DNA from: Malacoraja senta
Taxonomy: Eukaryota
Direction of reading: 5' to 3'
Assembly (NCBI GenBank): GCA_038087875.1
Contig: JAXLNO010002386.1
Span: 434,001 to 498,000, forward strand
DNA length: 64,000 nucleotides
A program made the translations under genes and the position numbers. The first letter of the stretch is position 1. The number at the start of each line of letters is the position of its first letter. Shown here piece after piece: positions 38,201 through 53,970 of the stretch. The notes beneath the pieces are model-generated. The model was not told the DNA's origin and did not search any database. It was given only the letters and a program-made list of their open reading frames with translations.

Positions 38201-39402
38201 TCAATCTGAGACGACTATCCCTTTAGCGCCACAGATGCTGCTTGACCTGCTGAGTTCTTCCAGCAGTTTATTTTTTGTTCAAAATTCCAGCATCTACCAT
38301 CTACCCTCTGTTCTGGAAAGATTATTTTCAACAATTGTCTCACAATAACTTGCTTTGTAGAAGTTTAGTTGCTAGCCATGTGGTTACAATAGAGACATAC
38401 AGCTGATCATACTTAACTACATTAAACTCCATTAGCAAGCCCTGGGCACATTTGCTCAGCTGATCAAGACCCTCCCATAGTTCTTGATAATCATCTTCAT
38501 TGTTTATGAAACTACCTATTTTAGTATCATTTGCAAACGCGTTTATAATGCCTTGTACATTCTCATCCAAATCTCAAGCAGATGACAAACTGCGATGGAC
38601 CCCATACTGATCCCTGAGGCACACCACTATTCACAGACCAACAGTCCAAAAAACAACCTTGTACCACCATTTACTTCCTACCATGAAGCCAATTTTGTTT
38701 CCAGTTAGCTATCTCTCCCTGGATCCCGAGCGGTCTACTCTTCCAGAGCAGACGACCATTGGTGAACCTGCTACAAAGGCCTTGATAAAGTCTATATATT
38801 CTACATCTACAACCCTGCCCTCATTAACCTTCATAGTTGCTTCTTCAAAAAACTAATCAAATTCAGTTGTTTCCATGGAACAGGAAACTGAGGGGTGATT
38901 TATTTGAGGTGGATTAAATTATGAAGGCCCTGGAGAAGGAAATAGAAAGAGACTCTTCTCTTAGCAGACCATAAAAATTAAAATGAGTTACTGGAACAAT
39001 TATTGGATATGAGTAGTTTCGTCACCCACATGCGCATGAAAAGCTGTGACCTGCCAGGCTTCGGACCTTGTTCTAGAAAAGTAGTTTTGCTTGAATTGTG
39101 AATAATCTCTGATTATCCTCTAACCTGATGTTTTAGTTGTTAGTTACAGAGTCTGATATTTTAATAAAATCAATTGTTACCAGTAGAAATGTAACATAGA
39201 TCAATTTGGATTTAGATGGATTTGCTAAATTACAGGTTCCATACTATTCAGAAGATGACATTTGAAGCTAAAATTGTGGAAGCTACGTCAATTGCGTTGG
39301 GCTAGGTTGGATAAGTAGATTATTTGACGACTTTCTTGGACTGTCCTTTGTATGCATTTTATATTGACACAGTGACTTAATGGATGGTATTAACATTTGC
39401 AG

Positions 39403-39476
39403 TAAAGTCAACGTCAACATGCCCATATTACCCTGTGCCATGGGTTATATAATCGTTGAGCCGTCACCTCAACCAA
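39403..39476 (+). CDS. NXPE3: NXPE3-like coding exon 3 (74 bp, absent from the ORF track)
   Basis: CATTTGCAG acceptor, A/GTAAGA donor; phase 2 to 1, exactly as needed; reads SKVNVNMPILPCAMGYIIVEPSPQP, resembling the NXPE3 linker. Confidence 0.85.
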
Positions 39477-41369
39477 GTAAGATCATTTTCAATCATGTCT
39501 AAAAAAATTATAGTCTAGTGTATTGGAGGAAATAATAATAGAATAGTGAAGCAGTTCCTCGCTATAAATATGCAGACCTTACAAACTAAATATAACTTTA
39601 CAGCACATGTAGTTCTTTCTTGAAATTGAAGAACATTTAAGTTATAATTTATTCAGCAAAATGTATTATTTTCCAGGGCTAGTATTGATTCAATATTATG
39701 CACCTGTCACTTCTCAACCAATACAATCCATTTATTCTTATACGAGATATGATTGCCAATTGTATTTTTATAATTTTAATAGATGGTTGAAAATATAATC
39801 TAAGATAAAACTGCATTTTTCTGGGACTGAACCCTCTTTCCTGGTGTGGACCTTCAGTAGTGGAGGCAGATCATCACCCAACATACATCTAGTCAGTGCA
39901 GCTCTTCCATTGAGTTCACCGAGCCAGATCTCAACAGCAACTGTACCAATAAATGTAGGTGTTAACTATTTGAACAGAAAAGGTATGGGCTTGAAGTACT
40001 ATTGGTTAACCTGCTACTAATCACTTTGGTGATATGAAATTTTAAAGTAGCAATTCTGTGACCACCTCCGGCAGTTCATTCCAGAGTGAAAAATATGCCT
40101 GAGATCTTTCTTACCCTATGCTCTCTAACTTTAGAATCCTCTAAGTTGGGATAAATACTGGGTGTTCACTTTATTGCTGCCTCTCATAATTTGATATACT
40201 TTATTAAAGTAACTCCATCTGCAACATTTTACAAGGTTCTACTATTTACTGTGCTACTATTTTACAAGGTTCTACTATTTCCTGCCCTGGTTGACATACC
40301 AAAATGCAATGTATCACACTTATCAGTTAAATTCCATTGGCCAGTCCTTAGCTCATCTCCCCAACTGATCTATTCTGTTATGTACTTCAATATTACAGTG
40401 AGGATTGAGAGAGTATAGGGTAAGAAGGATCTTAGGCATCATTTTCACTCTGGAATGAGCTGCCAGATAAGGCTACAGAAGAAGATACAATTGCTACTTT
40501 AATAAGATAGAAATTGATAAGAACGGTTTTGACAGTTATAGGCTAAATGTGGGCAAATTTGACTAGCTCAGAATCCCAGAATGATCAACATGGACAAAGT
40601 AGTCCGAAGAATCTGTTTCCATGCTCTATAGCTGTGATTCAGTAGAATATAGAGAAAATGAGCGCTGTTGTGCAAGTATTACTCACTGTCCACCATATCA
40701 GCAATTTAGGAATAAATTTACTAACAATGTTAACTAACAGCAGTGGACCCACACTGACCCCGGCCATACACAACTGGTCACAGGCCGTCAATCAGAAAAA
40801 CAACCTCCACAACTACCCTTTGTCCTCCAAACCAATTTTGAATCCAATGTCTAGCATACCTTGTAATCCATATGATCTGATCTTGCAAACAAGCTTACCA
40901 ATGTGTGATCTTGTTAAAGGCTTTGCTAAAATCCATAAAGAGAATATTCACTGCCCTTACCTCATCAGTCATTTGTTAACATTGAAAAAAACTTGACAGA
41001 TTCATGAGACACGATTTCCCACAACCAAAGCCTTGATGATTATTCTCACCAATTCTGTCCCTTAGAATCCCTTCCAACAACTCTCCCACCACTGGCAGCT
41101 GGCTCGCTGGCCTGTAGTTCCCTGATTTGTCCAAGAGCCTTTCTCAAATAATGGTGCAACATTAGTCACCCTCCCAGCTTACAGAAATTCATTTCTGGCT
41201 AATGGATCTTAACAAAGGAACCATCCACCTAGCTGGCCTGGTGCCAACCTCATTGACAGAACATTGTTCACGTACTGCTCAGATTAGTTTACTTTGTACA
41301 TTCTGTCCATTCCACTCAAAAATGTATTGATAGCCAAAGGCAAAATGTTTCTCTTTAGATATGTTAAGG

Positions 41370-43420
<2,051 letters not shown>

Positions 43421-43751
43421 TAGTGTGATTCATCACTCTAAACAGATTTGTCTGGCTTATTTGCCTATCCGTTTTATATCTAAGTACAAAACTGAAATAA
43501 GGAAAAGAGTTAAATGAGAAAGGAATTGAGAAATTTCAGCAGTGTGAGTAGCCAGTCTTAAATGTGGTACTAAAAGAGAGCAAGTGGATCAGTTAAATGA
43601 ACCAAAGTAATTGTAGACAATCATCTTACTGAAATAGTGTGGAACAGGGCGGAGATCGGTGCAGAAGTGATTTCGAGAAGTGCAATGCCAAGGATCCTGA
43701 CGCAATGGTGCAGAAAGTTATATGACCTCAGGAGCATAATCAAGGTCAGAT

Positions 43752-44130
43752 AGACAATAGACAACAGGTGCAGGAGGAGGCCATTCGGCCCTTCGAGTCA
43801 GTACCGCCATTCAATGTGATCATGGCTGATCATCCCCAATCAGTACCCCGTTTCTGCCTTCTCCCCATATCCCCTGACTCTGCTATCTTTAAGAGCCCTA
43901 TCAAGCTCTCTCTTGAAAGTATCCAGAGAACTGCCCTCTGAGGCAGAGAATTGCACAGACTCACAAGTGTTTCCTCATCTCCGTTCTAAATGCTTTACCC
44001 CTTATTCTTAAACTGTGGCCCTTGGTTCAGGACTCCCCCAACATCGGGAACATGTTTCCTGCCTCTCGCGTGTCCAAGCCGCTCCATTCCCTCAGCATAT
44101 GACAGCCCCGCCATCCCAGGAATTAACCTG
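43752..44130 (-). mobile_element. CR1 3' fragment
   Basis: Reverse-complement 3' UTR (GGCCATTCGGCCCTTCGAG) and ORF2 C-terminus. Confidence 0.8.
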
Positions 44131-44499
44131 GTGATAGTGTATCCTCATCTGTAATGTCCCACTCGCCTTCTAATTCTTAATCATGTCATTCCTAATTCTT
44201 CAGTTCACATCCCACTTGATCCTCAACCTACAACTTCTTTTAATTTACAATGGTATAGATGGTTCCCCAGTACAAACCTCCTTTTTCTCTTATTGGACAG
44301 CTAAGAAGTCAAAGCTAGCCAAGGCTAGACAGCTGAGAAGAATTCACACCGCCACTTGATCTTTCATTCACTGTCACCAGTTTAAATACCGTAGAAGTGT
44401 GCGTTAGATGTGGTATTTGCATCTAGCAAGTCACCAGGCATACAGTATGTAGTTTGTAGCCAGACAGGGAGAAATGGTAGCCAGGAGACAGCTTACTGC

Positions 44500-45210
44500 A
44501 GAGGACTTTACTGAAGACAACAGTTGGGCAGCTTGTAGAAGTGCAGAAGACGATAGACACAAAGTGCTGGCGTAACTCAGTGGCCAGGCAACATCTCTGG
44601 TGAAAAGGGGTGAGTGACATTCCGAGTGGGACCCTTCTTCAGACTGAGAGTAGGGGTAGGTGTTATGAAGACCTGGAGCCAAGAAAGGACCAGGACCGAT
44701 CAGGGCTGGCCACAAATGACCCTCAGACAGGGAGGTACCCTGGTAGGCCCATTGTTGGCTGGGGAAGGTGTGATCTCAAGAGGGAAGCAATGTGGAGACT
44801 GGGGAACTGGTTAAATGACTAGGTTGAGGAAGCAGGGGAGAGGGGAGTGGAGTGAAGTATGTATAAGTTACTTAAAATTAGCGAATCATCAATCATACCA
44901 CTGGGATGTAAGCTACCCAAGTGAAATATGAGGTGCTGTTCCTCCAATTTGCGAGTGGCCTCACTCTGGCAATGGAGGAGGCCCAGGATGGAAAGGTCAG
45001 TGTGGGAATGGGAGGGGTGTTGAAATGGTTGGCAATCAGGATATCCTGTCGGTCTCAGTGCACCGAGCGTAAGTATTCAGCAAAATAAGTCTACGTTTCG
45101 TCAAGTATAACAAGTATGTTAAGTCGCCAAGTCTACGTTTGCTTTCACTGATGTACATTGGAGCTCACATTGGGAACACCAGATGTAGTAGGTGGGGGTA
45201 GAAGAAGTAC
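44500..45210 (-). mobile_element. Penelope-like fragment (terminal module plus GIY-YIG C-terminus)
   Basis: GAAATATGAGGTGCTGTTCCTCCAATTTGC matches 5185-5210; GACCCTTCTTCAGACT terminal module at about 44630. A plus-strand fragment also lies at about 48790-48990. Confidence 0.75.
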
Positions 45211-46055
45211 ATGTGAAATTCCGTCTCAGATGAAAGGACTGTCAGGGTCCCTGGACAAAGCCAAGGTTGGAGATGCAAGGACATTTGAGGAGATATATAT
45301 TAGCTATAGGCAGTTGGGATCAAGCAAATCCCTCAGTGAGTATAAGAAGCGCAGGAGTATACTGAAATCAATCAGAAAGGCAAAAAGAGGACATGATCTG
45401 GCAGGCAAGATAAAGGCAAATTTAAGAAATTCTACAGGTGTATTAAGAGGAAAAGGGAGGCTAGAGAATAGGTCCCCTTAGGTATTAGCATAGCCAACTT
45501 TGTGTAGTGCCACAAGAGTTGAGGTAGGTATTAAATGAAAATGTCTAATCAGTTTTTTTTACTGAGGAGAAGGTTGTGGAAGCTAAGGAATTGGGACATG
45601 GATGTTGATGTCTTGGACCATATATGATTTATCAAAGAGATGGTATTGATGGTTTTAAAGCACTTAAAGGTGGATAATTCCCAATAGCCTGACCAAGTAC
45701 ATCCTCTATGGAGCCTAGGTGGAATATAGATGCCTCTGGTACAATGGCAGTGTTAGATGGGGAGCATAAAGATGGTTGCATCACTTTTTAGTTTGGTACT
45801 TCAAACGCTCAAGAACGAAGGAGGATGCAGTAAGTGGTGGACATTGTTTAGTCCATTACAGATACTGTCCTCCCCACCATCCCCACTGTGAAACTTCTCT
45901 CCCTTTGTTCAACCTTTACCTTGGGTGGCAGGTAAATTGACAGCTCCCTTTGGTGTGATGTTGTTGGATTGAAGTGCCCATCCCAGTTTCTTCAATATTA
46001 ACATTACCAATATTGTGACTTATCAATTTAAGTGTTTAGGTATTTTTCTGTTTAG

Positions 46056-46609
46056 GTATTAGAAGGTTGGACCTTGGTAATCCAATAATGGTTGGCCCTC
46101 TGTGTGCCTTCGACGTGCAAAACAACATCATGCTGGAATATTTTACTCATGGCCCGCCAATCCAATTCGGCTCCATTTCAAGCCAGCATCTGTACTACAT
46201 TTCAAATAAACTGAATGAAAATGAAGGAGGGAAAGACACAGTTATTAGCATTGGTATCTGTGCCCATTTCACCACTTTCCCAGTGGAAGGATACATCAGA
46301 AGGCTGCAGCATATTCGAAGATCGATTCTACATCTGCTCAGCAGGAATCCAGATACGGTGGTCGTTATAAAGACTGCGAATGTACGGGCCCTTACACAAG
46401 ATGTAATTCTTAACTACAGTGACTGGTTCTCTTTTCAACTTGATTTACTGATGAGAAAGATGTTTGCCGGCATCAACGTAGCATTTGTGGATGCATGGGA
46501 AATGACCATAGCCCACTACCTGCCCCATAACCTACACCCTCCGCAAATCATAATAAAGAATGAAATAGATGTGTTTCTTTCACACGTGTGCCCTTCCAAA
46601 ATGAGGTAA
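46056..46609 (+). CDS. NXPE3: NXPE3-like final coding exon
   Basis: TTTTCTGTTTAG acceptor, phase 1; HGPPIQF, AHFTTFPVEGYIRRL, DAWEMTIAHYLPHNLHPP...FLSHVCP, stop TAA at 46607-46609. Joined CDS 102+788+74+210+554 = 1728 nt = 575 aa plus stop. Confidence 0.95.
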
Positions 46610-46929
46610 CGACATCTGCTTACCATGCATCACCACAATTACATTGCACATCATAGATCTATCTGTCTAAAACTGAATGTAATTTTAAATATTTTGAAAA
46701 TTTTGATTTCTAAGTTTTGAATTCATCTTTGTCACTGTATCGTTTAATTGATTCTGTTATTTTAATTAGTTATAATTCTTACCTATTACCTAACATTAAT
46801 CATGTTAGCTTTGATATTAAATCTTTGTTTGTGTGGAAGAAATTAATTTGGAGGGACATTAAAGGAAAACTAGACTACGATGGACCAGTTGGGTTCCAGT
46901 CACATGGGAGCCTGGTCCCCCAACGCAAA

Positions 46930-47180
46930 CCATTCCCCAACGGGGGGCGGGGTATGTGGGGGGTGCAGGGGACAGGGGGTGTGGGGGAGGTGTGTGTGTG
47001 TGTGTGGGGGAGGGGGGTATGGGGAGGGGGTGTGTGTGGGGGAGGGGGTATGGGGGAGGGGATATGTGTGGGGGAGGGGGGGCATGTGGGAGAGAGCGGA
47101 GGGGAGGGGGTTGTGGGGGAGGGGAGGGGGTTGTGGGGGAGGGGGGCGTGTGGGAGAAGGGGGGGGCATGTGGGAGAGAG
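46930..47180. repeat. G/T-rich low-complexity tract
   Basis: Runs of GGGG, GT and GGGA; G-quadruplex-prone. Confidence 0.9.
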
Positions 47181-49229
47181 ACCTAATGATCAAAGACCTT
47201 TCGCACCCAAGCCATTCATTCTTATCCTCACTCGGGCAGAAGATACAGAAGGTTGAAAGCGCTCACCACCATTCTCAGGAACAGCTTCTTCTCCTTTGGT
47301 ATCAGGAAAAACCTTCCATAGGCTAGGGTACTGTCTAATTCCTGTCTACCTCGTTGCAAACATTGGACCTTGTCTCTGGAACGGGCGCACTACAATGCTG
47401 AAAACTATATTCTGCACTCGGGATTTTTCCCTTCACTTTACCTATTGTACTTGAGTTTGGTTTGATGGTATTGACATGTAATATTATCTGATTTAATTGG
47501 ACAGCGTGCAAAATAAAGCTACTGTGGTGTACTGCTTAATGACTGCACTCTACCCCAGTGCCATAAAGATTTTCTCCAGGCCTCTGAGCATTTCTTCTGT
47601 AGTTCCTCAAAATGACACACGACTCATTGAAATCACCTTTTAATGTGTAATCTCCATTCATACCCAGTCGTAACCCTGATGAGTCTTTCATCCCATTTAT
47701 TTCAGATGTAGAATTAAATTGTAGCTCATAAGGAGCGGGACGGCATGATGCCAACCAATAAACATTTAACAGGGTGGTTCTCAAAGTGGCAGCTGCATCC
47801 CTGGCAGGCAGGATACAAGTGGGAGTAAAAGAGGAGGGGGAGTTGTTTTATTGATTGAGAAGAACGTCAAGGCAGTTGTCCAAAGCAACATTACCGTGAG
47901 GCTTTCTGGGTGGAGCTGAGAAATAAGAAGGGAATGATCACCTTGCTGGGAATTGTACTTTTGACACCCGAATAGTCAACAGGAATTAGAGGGATAAATG
48001 TGCAGGAGAGATGGCATGGTTAGTATGTTTGCAGATGACACTAAAGCAGGTGGTCTTAGAGTACTTGAAAGAAATCCATATGGTCGTGTGGAGTATGTTC
48101 AAACTCTAACCAGAGATGAGGTGTGGATTGCTGGAACAGTGAGACAACTGCATTATCTTGGTAGTTGGCAGCTATTCCACCAGCTGGCTAGCGTGGTGAG
48201 CTGGAGATACATGGGTACTTTTGGTTTGTACGCGCAACATGAGCAGATGTTCTTGGAAACAAAAATTACACTGGGATCCTGGGAGGAGACGCAAGCTAGA
48301 GCTATATGGCCAAATGTGATCAGTGAAAAACAAGACTATCACAATCAGTAAGACTGGAGATGTGTATCGTGCTGGTGAGTCTATTAATACCACAGACTAA
48401 GAGCAAGGCCTTTTTATAAGAATCTTGCAAAACCTTTGAAGTGAGATTTAATTCAATACCCTCAGAGATTTTCATGAGTTTCACATCTGACATTCACTAC
48501 CAGAACTTAAAGAAATGGTTAGTGACTCGAAGGTCATGCTGAAAACTCTGGTTAAAGGGTGCAACTTCAAGTTGTTTTCTTTTCATTGGGCGCTGAGGAA
48601 TCAGTTAAGGTTTAGTTTTTTAGAGTTTAGAGATACAGTGTGGAAACAGACCCTTCAGCCCACTTAGTCCGTGCCTTGCTCCAATATAATAATGTTTTAA
48701 AAGCAATTATGCTGAGAACAGAAGGTCATTCTTAACAGAATAGATTCATAGATTCATAGCATGGACTTGACAACCTCTTTACCGAATATTTACGCCTCCA
48801 AGGCTTGATGGATCTCCCAGTTGCTCTACATTTCAACTCTCCCATTCCCACACTGACCTTTCTTTCCAGGCCTCTTCCACTGCTAGAGTGAGGCCACATG
48901 CAAACTGGAGAAACGACACCTCATATTCCGCCTGGGCAGGTCGAAAAACAATGGTATGAATATTAAATTCACCAATTTGAGGTAACTAACCCACAAAGCC
49001 CCCTTCCCCTTCTCCATTTCCCCCCTCCCCACACTACCCACACTCCTTCCCCTGAACCCTGGCTATCCTTGTTTCTCCCCTTTCCCTGTCCATTTCTTTG
49101 CATCCCTTCTGGCTACACAATTAAAAATGTTTCTATCCCCAAGCTTCACAATTCACAACCATTCATCCCTTTAGAGCTCACATTTGTCTTCATTCTGGCC
49201 TTTGTCCAACAATCTGCCTATCAAAGAAA

Positions 49230-50175
49230 ACCATCATCTGTGATAGAACAATCCCCTGAGCCTGAAGATACATATCCAAGGACACTGTGGGAAGCTAGAG
49301 CGGAAATTACAGGAGCCCTCTCAGGGATTTCTGAGTCATTGTTAAATAAAGGTGAGGTGCCAGAAGACTGGAGGGTGGCAAATGTTGTGCCTCTATTCAA
49401 GAAGGGTTGCAGGGAAAATGCTGGAAACTATAGGCCAGTGAGCTTAACATCTGTGGTTGGAAAGTTACTAGAGAGCATTCTGAGGGACAGGATATACAGG
49501 CATTTCGATGGACAAGGGCTGATTGGGGATAGTCAGCATGGTTTTGTACGTGGGAGGTCGTGTCTCACAAATCTGATTGAGTTTAGAAACATAGAAAATA
49601 GGTGCAGGAGTAGGCCATTCGGCCCTTCAAGCCAGCACCAACATTCAATATGATCATGGCTGATCATCTAGAATCAGTACCCCGTTCCTGCTTTCTCGAC
49701 ATATCCCTTGATTACATTTTTTGAAGACGTGACCAAAAAGGTTGATGAGGGCAGAGCTGTGGATGTTGTATACACGGACTTCAGCAAAGCATTTGACAAG
49801 GTTCTGCATGGTAGGCTGCTCTGGAAGATTAGATCCCATGGGATTCAAGGAGAGATGGCAGAATGGATAGAAAATTGGCTTCATGGAAAGAAGCAGAGGA
49901 TGATGGCGGAAGGTTGCTTTATGGACAGGAGGCCTGTGACTAGTGGTGTACCTCAGGGTTTGGTGCTGGGCCCATTACTGTTTGTCATATATAGCAGTGA
50001 TTTGGATGAGAACGTACAAGGCATGTTAGCAAGTTTGCAGATGACACAAAAGTGGGTGGTATTGTGGATAATGAAGAAGGATGGCAAAAATTGCCACTGG
50101 ATCTTGATCAGTTCAGCTGGTGGGCTGAGGAATGGTTGATGGAATTTAATACAGAGAAATGTGAGGTGTTACACT
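49230..50175 (+). mobile_element. CR1 RT fragment interrupted by an inverted CR1 3' tail (about 49585-49712)
   Basis: ORFs 49069-49653 and 49708-50139 join at CLTNLIEF / FFEDVT across a reverse-oriented CR1 tail. Confidence 0.8.
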
Positions 50176-52599
50176 TTGTTCAGAAACTGCCTGTAGTTAT
50201 TATCAGACTCATATCATCCATTCTGGAATATTATAGTGTTAATGTTTAGTTTAGTTTAGAGATACAGCGCGGAAACAGGCCCTTTGGCCCACTGATTCCG
50301 CACCGACCAGCGATCCCCGCAAATTAACACTATCCTACACATAATCGGCACAATTTATTATTTTACCAAGCCAATTAACCTATATACCTGTATGTCTTTG
50401 GAGTGTGGGAGGAAACCGAAGATCCCGGAGAAAACCCACCGGGAGAACGTGCAAAACTCTGTACAGACAGCACCCGTAGTCGGGATCGAACCTGGGTCTC
50501 CAATGTTGCAAGAGTTGTAAGCCAAAAACTCTACCGCTGCGCCACTGGGCTGGCTTGAGTGGAAATTACTGAGCCAGCCTGTGAGAATTGCATTGATTGA
50601 ACGGGCTGTAAAGTGCATTCATTTCTCTGAAGTTATTTAATTTGTTAGAATGAGCAGTGCTAAAGATTTCATCCAGTTGCTCTTCTGTGTGGAAACTGGG
50701 ATTGGATCGGTTTGCACCATCTTGTATTAATTCATAGTTCTAACAGCAAAGCAAATTGAAAATCCCAGAAACAAAGTGAAAGGAAACTCCCAGCTCATAT
50801 TTCCAGTAATTGATCCAAAATTAATGTAAGTGTTTCTGCGATTCCGACAGTTCTGAACAAGTGACCCGAATTGAAACGTCACCTATCCGTTCCATCCAGA
50901 GATGCTGTCTCACCCGCTGAGTTATTCTAGCAATTTGTGTTTTGCTTATGATTCCAGCATCTGCAGTTCCTTGTTTCTCCATTCCAGCAGTTTGAAATTA
51001 CCTTTGACAATGCCTGAATAAACATTTAGAATGGGATATAGGTATCTGGACTATTGTTTGTGTTTATTTATGTGGAGTGTTAGCTTTGGAGGGTCATGTT
51101 ATTTGGAGGGTTCTGTTATTTATATGTTATTAATGAAACAGATTAGTGTAAAAACATTTATTTTGTACTGTGTTTTCTTTGAGATGGTTTGTGGTGATAT
51201 AATGTTCCCCTAAAACGTTGAAAACTACATTTTCAATTAAAACAAATCATTAGAAAAAGATTACTAAAGTTTTTAAATTATATATTTAAAATTAAATGAG
51301 GCAATCAGGCCCTTAAACAGCTTTAACAGCAAGTAACGCCACCTGGTTCTGTACCTTTTTGTAAAAAAAAAGCACTGATTTCATCCCGTTTCTTCTCATA
51401 GTGATAAAATGAATGCTATCCAAGACTGTTCGAGGAACTATTTGGCTATTGGGGATTTCTGTGTTTTTCTTGGAAATATCTAAACATTTCCTAATATTCC
51501 AGTCAACGTGCTGTTCAATTGCCAATTGCAAATTTCCCATCTTCATTAAACTGGCATTAACAAAGTTCTGTGGTGAAATCACTTCCAGGTGCTATGATGA
51601 CCGGAAGATTTCAGTGAAATCTTCCGGTCATCATAAAACTGTTATTAATAATGGTCTGTGGTTGCAGTTGCAGTGGTGTGTTTCCAGCTCACAGGGAAAA
51701 ATTGTGAAGTAATTTCCAGATTTGCAAAGTCATCTAACTGGGAATCATTTTGGTACCATTCTTGTTCGTCCTCCTCTCATGTAAACTGTACCAGAAAGCT
51801 GGAAGGTTGTGAATGAGGAACACAGTAATTCTTAATGGTCTACCCAAACTACCTATAGAGTCATGATCAACACAGGTGTGCCTGGATTGACTTCAAATTG
51901 ATGGAGAAAACAAAGAGGGAATGACAGCGAAATATTGTCGGAAGGACCTGCAGATGCTGGTTTAGATTGAGGATAGACTCAAAATGCTGGAGTAACTCAG
52001 CAGGACAGGTAGCATCTCCAGATAGAAGAAATGGGTAACGTTTCAGGTAGAGCCGAAACGTCACCCATTCAACAGACCCATGTTGACTGACCCACTGAGT
52101 TACTACTGCATTTTGTCTTTTTCCTTGGGCACACAATCCACCAGTTTCCTTAGTTGATTCTCACCATTTTGATCTAGAAATGCACTTTGTGTACATTCCA
52201 TTAATTCATCTTCCGCCATGTTACAGCAAATTTGTTTTGTCCAGTCCATGTAAAGGTTAACGTCTCCCATAATTACTGTATTTCACACATCACATTTGCC
52301 ATATCGACTATATATATGCCATATATTTGCCATATCATCTATATCTCTCGTTTCCCTTTTCCCTAACTAGTCTGAAGAAGGGTCGCGACCCGAATCGTTA
52401 CCCATTCCTTCTCTCCAGAGATGCTGCCTGTCCCGCTGAGTTACTCCAGCTCTTTGTGTCTATTCAGTTTAAACCAGCATCTGCAGTTGCTTCCTACACA
52501 GAGCAACTTGGTTATGGTGTTCCTTTTAACAGAAACCAAGTTTTATTGCTGGGTTTTATTGACTTTTTAAAAGGGGTCTGGTTGGTCTGCTCTGTGATG

Positions 52600-53200
52600 C
52601 TTTTGGCAGCTTCAGGCTGAACTAGATGAACATCTAAAAGAAAACAGTGGAAGGGTGTTCTACCTCTCTGCTGCACTGGCAATGATTTGGTCAACAGTGG
52701 TGGCATTGATGAATTTGCAGAAGGCATTGGAGATGTTGACTTATGGAGTCCAATGAGCTAACTTTCCCTACACAGATGCCAAGTGTCTGTTCTCATTTAT
52801 CGGTTTACAGAGACATCAATTTTCCATTGCAGACAATCGGTTTGTTCACAAATTCACAGCTGGTATGGATAGTCTATTCTGCATTGTCTTAAAGGCTACA
52901 GTTTTTTGGTTCAGATTCTTCTTTTAAGCTTTAAGATCTGCCACCGAGAATGGAATTAAATTTGCTGCAGAAAGCTGCACACTGGCTCCTTCTATGGGTT
53001 GTCTGCAGATGCAGTTAACGTCTTTACAGGGGCTGCTGGAGTGTTGGAGGGTCAGCAATCGAAAGTCAATGACAGCACTGCGATGTGTTAAGGCATTGCA
53101 GTACCTTGCCAAAGTCAAAGCAGATGTGACTTTTCTACAAGAGTATCAGGCTCGTATGAAGCTTTTCAACAAGGGCGGTGGCATGACAGGATTACAAAAA
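52600..53200 (+). mobile_element. Degraded L1 ORF1-end / ORF2 endonuclease-start fragment
   Basis: ENGIKF (ORF1 C-terminus-like), CWSVGG (like SWNVRG), ALQYLAKVKADVTFLQE (like the EN motif KADxxFLQE). Confidence 0.45.
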
Positions 53201-53751
53201 ATTTAATGTGAAATAATGTGTGTGTTGTGCACATCACGAGTGCGAAGTGTGAAGTATCTCGATTCTGGGGTTTTAGATGCTCTCTGATGCATTCTGAGCC
53301 TTATTTTGGAGAATTTTTGCACAAAATTTATGACCAATATTTCAGAAATTAACAGGAATCTGAGAGGTAGCTTCTTCACACAAAGGGTGGTGGGTGTATG
53401 GAACGAGCTGCCAGAGGAGGTAGTTAAGGCTGGGACTATCCTAAAGTTTAAGAGACATTTGGACACGTACATGGATAGGACAGATTTAGATGGATATGGG
53501 CCAAACGTGTGTGAGTGGGACTAGTGTAGATGGGACATGTTTGTCGGTGTGGGCAATTTGAGCTGAAGGGCCTGTTTCCACACTACATCATTCTATGACT
53601 AAAAAGTTAAGAAGATAAATGCATGTAGATAAGTAGAGCAGATTTGAAAGAGGAGTGAAATGTAAAGGCAGAGAGAGGTTTATGGGTGGAAAGGAACATA
53701 GGAAAGGAGGGGGGAGAGTGGGCTTGGGCAGATGGGTGAAGGGAAAATAGA

Positions 53752-53970
53752 CACAAAGTGCTGGAGTAACTCAGTGGGTCTGGCAGCATCTGCAGAGAAC
53801 ATGAATAGGTGACGTTTCACAAAGTGCTGGAGTAACTCAGCGGGTCAGGCAGCATCTGTGGAGAACATGGATAGGTGACATGTCACAGAGTGCTGGAGTA
53901 ACTCAGTGGGTCAGGCAGCATCTCTGGAGAAAAGGTATAGATTATATTTCGGGTCAAGACCATTCTTCAG
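53752..53970 (-). repeat. Three tandem about 66-bp copies of the Penelope terminal module
   Basis: ACA(A/G)AGTGCTGGAGTAACTCAG...GCAGCATCT...ATAG repeated three times. Confidence 0.8.

Noticed and set aside
46717-47326. Gly/Pro-rich ORFs downstream of NXPE
   Set aside because: Translation of a G/T low-complexity tract.
47521-47715. Plus-strand TVVYCLMTALYPSAIKI...YFRC, resembling an Ig-C1/alpha3 domain with a 58-residue Cys spacing
   Set aside because: Four in-frame stops, no conserved Trp, no acceptor, lies beyond the NXPE gene, and the opposite strand is open with an endonuclease-like GDFN. Probably chance or an old LINE; an HMM scan would settle it.
50566-50739. Minus-strand candidate terminal exon NYELIQDG...HRLAQ* after a good polypyrimidine acceptor
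   Set aside because: Only 57 codons, no recognisable homology and no partner exons found.
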